From: Gammaproteobacteria bacterium | GTDB taxonomy: Bacteria; Pseudomonadota; Gammaproteobacteria; Poriferisulfidales; GCA-002705445 | Length of the DNA stretch: 64,000 bases | Direction: 5' to 3' | NCBI GenBank assembly: GCA_045561235.1 | Contig: JBJKYB010000002.1 | Coordinates: 943,025-1,007,024, forward strand | In this document: piece after piece, positions 60,374 through 64,000 of the stretch | How positions within the stretch are numbered: the stretch's first letter is position 1 | Layout: each line of letters starts with the position of its first letter | Notes under the pieces: model-generated | Database searches by the model: none | Told to the model about the DNA's origin: nothing | What the model saw: only the letters and a program-made list of their open reading frames with translations | Translations under genes and position numbers: made by a program

Positions 60374-61180
60374 ATGAATCTTGTAAATGGAAAACCAAGC
60401 TCAAGTATTTCAATATTTGACAGAGGTTTTTTATATGGAGATTCTGTCTTTGAAACAATATTAGTCCTAGATAAAAAACCAAAAAATATAGATCTTCATT
60501 TGAAAAGGTTAAAATTAGGTTGTAATAAACTTAAGATAAATAATCTTGACTATAAGATTCTGTCGAAATATATAAAAAAAGCATTAAGCGATATTAATAA
60601 CTGTATTTTAAGTATAAGTGTTACTAGAGGAACTGCAATAAAAAGGGGTTATAATATTAATTTAGCAAATAATCCAAATATTATTATAACTACAAGCAAA
60701 ATACCAAAATACCCAAAAGAATTTTCAACCAAAGGCATAAAAACAAAATTTTCCAAAACAGATCTTATGAATAATGAAAGATTATCACAAATAAAACATT
60801 CAAATAGAATAGAGCAAATACTAGCATCAAAAGAAATAACTAAAAGCTTTCCGGAATTAATATTATGTGATCCTAAAGGCTTTGTTGTAGAAGGTATATC
60901 AAGTAATATTTTTTTTGTTAAAAACAAAAATTTTTATACACCATTAATAAGAGAGTCAGGTGTCGAAGGTATAATGAAATCACTTATTATTAAAAATATA
61001 AAAAAAAGACGATTTAAGATAATCGAAAAAAAAATTCATAAAAAAGAAGTCTTTAATTATGACGCTGCGTTTTTCTGTAATTCCATTCGATTAGCTTGGA
61101 ATATATTATCTGTGAATGGTAAAAAATATAAAGGAAATAAATTCGCTACTGAAATAATACGTATTACAAATAATGAATAA
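60374..61180 (+). CDS. pabC: Aminodeoxychorismate lyase (class IV aminotransferase fold)
   Basis: 268 aa. FDRGFLYGDSVFET N-terminus. Conserved fabF-pabC-mltG position. Confidence 0.8.
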   Translation: MNLVNGKPSSSISIFDRGFLYGDSVFETILVLDKKPKNIDLHLKRLKLGCNKLKINNLDYKILSKYIKKALSDINNCILSISVTRGTAIKRGYNINLANNPNIIITTSKIPKYPKEFSTKGIKTKFSKTDLMNNERLSQIKHSNRIEQILASKEITKSFPELILCDPKGFVVEGISSNIFFVKNKNFYTPLIRESGVEGIMKSLIIKNIKKRRFKIIEKKIHKKEVFNYDAAFFCNSIRLAWNILSVNGKKYKGNKFATEIIRITNNE

Positions 61181-62168
61181 TCTAAATAAAATTAATTTAA
61201 TTAAAATATTTTTTTTATTATCGGCTATAATAATTTTAATGTTACTATCTTACTTAAATTTTTCACTGAAAAAAAATATCTATGATGAAGATAGTAAATT
61301 TTTTTATATTAATCAAGGCGATAGTATATCGAAAACACTAAAAGAGCTTGAATCAGTTAATCTCTTTGACTCAGTATTAAGGACTAAAATTATTCTTTAT
61401 CTTCACGATATAAACCCTAGATTTGTTAGTGGAAAATATTTTACAAGTAAAAATGAAACAGAATATTCTATGCTAATTAAATTACTTGACGGAAAAGTTG
61501 TGCAAGATTCCATCATAGTTTTTGAAGGCACTACCCAAAGTGAGATTATTAGTACTTTAAAAAAAAGCAATCTTGTTAAATATCTGGATGAAGAAAATTA
61601 TGTTAAAAAAATATACCCATCTAAAATTAAGTATTTATCATCTGAAGGTTCGTGTTTTCCTGATACTTACAAATTTTCTTCAGGTATAGACATTGATAAT
61701 TTTTTAATGAATTGTGTAAAAAGAATGGAAAAAATTGTTCTAAAATATTGGAATAGTCGTGATTATTCATTACCTTATAAATCTCCATATGAGATGCTAA
61801 TTATGGCATCAATTATTGAAAAGGAAACCTCTTTAGAGTATGAAAAGCCAATAATATCAAGTGTTTTTGTCAACAGGTTGAATAAAAATATGAGATTACA
61901 AGCTGATCCGACTGTTATATATGGGATGAAAAATTATAAAGGCAATATTACAAAAAAAGACTTAAAAGAAATTAATGAATATAATACATATAAGATTGAT
62001 GGTTTGCCGAAAACTCCTATATGTTCACCGGGTGAGATTTCAATAAAAGCTGCCAGTAATCCAGAGAATAGTGAATATTTATATTTTGTTGCAAACGATA
62101 AAGGAAAACATATATTCTCAAAAAATTACAGAGATCATGTAAATGCGGTTAATAAATATCAAAAATAA
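61173..62168 (+). CDS. mltG: Endolytic murein transglycosylase MltG (YceG)
   Basis: N-terminal TM and YceG domain (MASIIEKET, LQADPTVIY, YNTYKIDGLP). Confidence 0.9.
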   Translation: MNNLNKINLIKIFFLLSAIIILMLLSYLNFSLKKNIYDEDSKFFYINQGDSISKTLKELESVNLFDSVLRTKIILYLHDINPRFVSGKYFTSKNETEYSMLIKLLDGKVVQDSIIVFEGTTQSEIISTLKKSNLVKYLDEENYVKKIYPSKIKYLSSEGSCFPDTYKFSSGIDIDNFLMNCVKRMEKIVLKYWNSRDYSLPYKSPYEMLIMASIIEKETSLEYEKPIISSVFVNRLNKNMRLQADPTVIYGMKNYKGNITKKDLKEINEYNTYKIDGLPKTPICSPGEISIKAASNPENSEYLYFVANDKGKHIFSKNYRDHVNAVNKYQK

Positions 62169-62170
62169 AT

Positions 62171-62803
62171 ATGAGTAAAGGAAAATTTATAAGTTTTGAA
62201 GGTATAGAGGGTGTTGGAAAATCAACAACGATAAATCATATAAAGAAATTCCTAGAAAAAAAAGATATTGATGTATATTGCACAAGGGAACCAGGGGGCA
62301 CAAACTTTGGTGAATCTATAAGAAATATCTTACTCAATAATAAATCAATAATTTATCCAGAAGCAGAACTATTATTGATGTTTGCATCAAGAAATCAACA
62401 TATAGAAGAAGTAGTTATACCAAAACTTGAAAAAGGAATTTGGGTTCTGTGTGACCGATTTATAGATGCTTCATATGCGTATCAGGGATACGGAAAAAAA
62501 GTTAAATCAAATAAAATAGATCTGTTAGTAAAAAACTTTACAAAGAAAATTCAACCAGACTTAACAATCTTTTTCAATCTTAATTATGATTTAGCAAAAA
62601 AAAGATTTCCAAAAAATAAAAAAAAAGATAGATTCGAAAATTTAGATAATGAATTTTTTTATGATGTTTATAGTGGTTATTTAGAACTAGTAAAATCTAA
62701 TAAAAAAAGAATTAAAGTTGTAGATTCTAATCAAAGTAAAGAAAAAGTATGTAATGAAATAAAAAAAATCATAACAAAAACTTTTAAAAATTTTAATATT
62801 TAG
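62171..62803 (+). CDS. tmk: Thymidylate kinase
   Basis: FISFEGIEGVGKST P-loop and DRFIDASYAYQG. Confidence 0.93.
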   Translation: MSKGKFISFEGIEGVGKSTTINHIKKFLEKKDIDVYCTREPGGTNFGESIRNILLNNKSIIYPEAELLLMFASRNQHIEEVVIPKLEKGIWVLCDRFIDASYAYQGYGKKVKSNKIDLLVKNFTKKIQPDLTIFFNLNYDLAKKRFPKNKKKDRFENLDNEFFYDVYSGYLELVKSNKKRIKVVDSNQSKEKVCNEIKKIITKTFKNFNI

Positions 62804-62804
62804 T

Positions 62805-63470
62805 CTAAATTAAATCTATATTTTTTTCTAAAATTGCTGTTAATAAAATTATTTCAGTAACTCCATTCTTTATTGCTTCATGAAAATCTTCGTTGCCACG
62901 TATTCCGCCAGAAACTACTATTTTCGATAGGGGGTATATCTCTCTTAAGGAATTAAGATTTTTAATATTTATTCCCTTTTTTTCTCCAATGCAATCTATA
63001 TTCATAGATATAACTTTTTTAGGTTTTAAATATTTATACTTTGTATTTATTTGTAATATCTCGTTATTCATGAAGTCAGCTGATAGGATATAATCCGTAT
63101 AATTTTTTTTTATAATAGTTTCATAATCTTCGAAACACTCTGTTGCTATTATCTGCTTGAAATTGCTATTTTTATATAGATTTAAATGTGAAAATTTTCT
63201 AACCCCATTATCCACAATAAATCTAATGTTTTCATATTCTTGAAGAATTGTTTTGATTAGATTGTTATGTTTTTTAAATTCTTTAATAGAGTCTAAATCT
63301 GCCAAATATATTGTGTTAAAATTGCCTAATGTGAGAATATATTCTATAAATTTTAAAGGATTAGATGTTGGTGAAAGCTTTAATGAGATTTCTTGATATT
63401 TTCGGCGACTTCCCTTAGTAGTAGTAACAACTTTGTTATCTTTCAAATCTATTGCAGGTATTAATTTCAT
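62805..63470 (-). CDS. HisA/HisF-related TIM-barrel protein (not the histidine-pathway enzyme by context)
   Basis: 221 aa. N-terminal MKLIPAIDLKDNKVV (HisA/HisF beta1 signature with catalytic Asp) and C-terminal VVSGGIRGNEDF phosphate-binding loop. No other his genes nearby. Confidence 0.65.
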   Translation of the reverse strand: MKLIPAIDLKDNKVVTTTKGSRRKYQEISLKLSPTSNPLKFIEYILTLGNFNTIYLADLDSIKEFKKHNNLIKTILQEYENIRFIVDNGVRKFSHLNLYKNSNFKQIIATECFEDYETIIKKNYTDYILSADFMNNEILQINTKYKYLKPKKVISMNIDCIGEKKGINIKNLNSLREIYPLSKIVVSGGIRGNEDFHEAIKNGVTEIILLTAILEKNIDLI

Positions 63471-63476
63471 AAAATT

Positions 63477-64000
63477 ATGGACATTTTAATTTACGAGCAT
63501 TTTTTAGGTGAAAATTTTAGCGAGCGACCTTCACCGTTAATTCTAAATGAAGCAAAATTAATTATAGATATTATAATTAAAGACTTAAGTTTAGAATTTT
63601 CAGACTCAAAGATATCATTATTACTAAATAAAAAAAATAGAAATTTAATACATTCAAATAATCATATATATAGAAACTATGAAGATGACGTTATAACAGA
63701 TATAAGTAAAAAAATTAAAGAAAATGATAAAGTTTTAATATTAGCACCCGAAGAAAATTTAATATTATTTGATTTAATAAAATCTCTTGAAGATAAAAAT
63801 ATAGGTCATTTTAATACGAATAGTAAATTTATATATAGCTCAACGAATAAATTTGAATTAAATATAAAGCTAAAAAATTCCGAAAAATATCAGATTAAAA
63901 CCTATAAAGATTATTCAAAATTTTATATGGATAAAGAAATTGTTGCAAAACCAAATGATGGAGTTGGGGCACAAAATTTATTTATATTTAAAAACAAGTT
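63477..64000 (+). CDS. ATP-grasp ligase with a pre-ATP-grasp N-domain (MfnD/COG1821-like), 3' end beyond the window; not in the ORF track
   Basis: Hand translation: MDILIYEHFLGENF..NDKVLILAPEENLILFDLIKSLEDKNIGHFN..KEIVAKPNDGVGAQNLFIF.., open to the window edge. The LILAPEE block and KP.DG.G ATP-grasp lysine motif match that family as I recall it. Confidence 0.6.
   Translation, partial: MDILIYEHFLGENFSERPSPLILNEAKLIIDIIIKDLSLEFSDSKISLLLNKKNRNLIHSNNHIYRNYEDDVITDISKKIKENDKVLILAPEENLILFDLIKSLEDKNIGHFNTNSKFIYSSTNKFELNIKLKNSEKYQIKTYKDYSKFYMDKEIVAKPNDGVGAQNLFIFKNK

Overview
This window is 64 kb of a very AT-rich (roughly 30% GC by eye), extremely compact proteobacterial chromosome. With my refined coordinates only about 1.7 kb (about 3%) lies outside genes. 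I call 74 protein-coding genes and 2 tRNAs. Two of the genes are cut by the window edges. Three are missing from the ORF track: ccmD, a 51-codon ORF after tRNA-Ser, and the 3'-open ATP-grasp gene at the right edge. Several gene strings suggest a gammaproteobacterium: lolC-lolD, msbA-lpxK-ycaR-kdsB, nrdR-ribD-ribE-ribB-ribH-nusB-thiL-pgpA, surE-pcm-nlpD, nudix-mnmA-hflD and fabD-fabG-acpP-fabF-pabC-mltG-tmk. The AT bias and compaction suggest a streamlined free-living, probably marine, lineage; this is inference, not a search result. Content is overwhelmingly housekeeping: translation factors, folate, riboflavin and molybdopterin cofactor synthesis, a full ccmABCDEFGH cytochrome c maturation operon, Lol and MsbA/LpxK/KdsB envelope biogenesis, Mfd, TCA enzymes, Thr and purine synthesis, and fatty-acid synthesis. 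The one clearly accessory locus is at 4.1-8.9 kb. It holds a secreted SBP56/methanethiol-oxidase homologue, two SCO1/SenC copper chaperones, a di-haem MauG/peroxidase and a TlpA-type lipoprotein thioredoxin. The second candidate is at the right edge: a HisA-related TIM-barrel gene diverging by 6 bp from a pre-ATP-grasp ligase gene, a pair that recalls archaeal-type C1-cofactor biosynthesis. I saw no CRISPR array, transposase, integrase, phage or recognisable defence genes, rRNA, or long repeats. I did not find a convincing wholly new multi-gene system. The findings are ranked candidates, several of which match variants already described elsewhere. All family assignments come from motifs read in the translations and from remembered family knowledge; no BLAST or HMM search was run.
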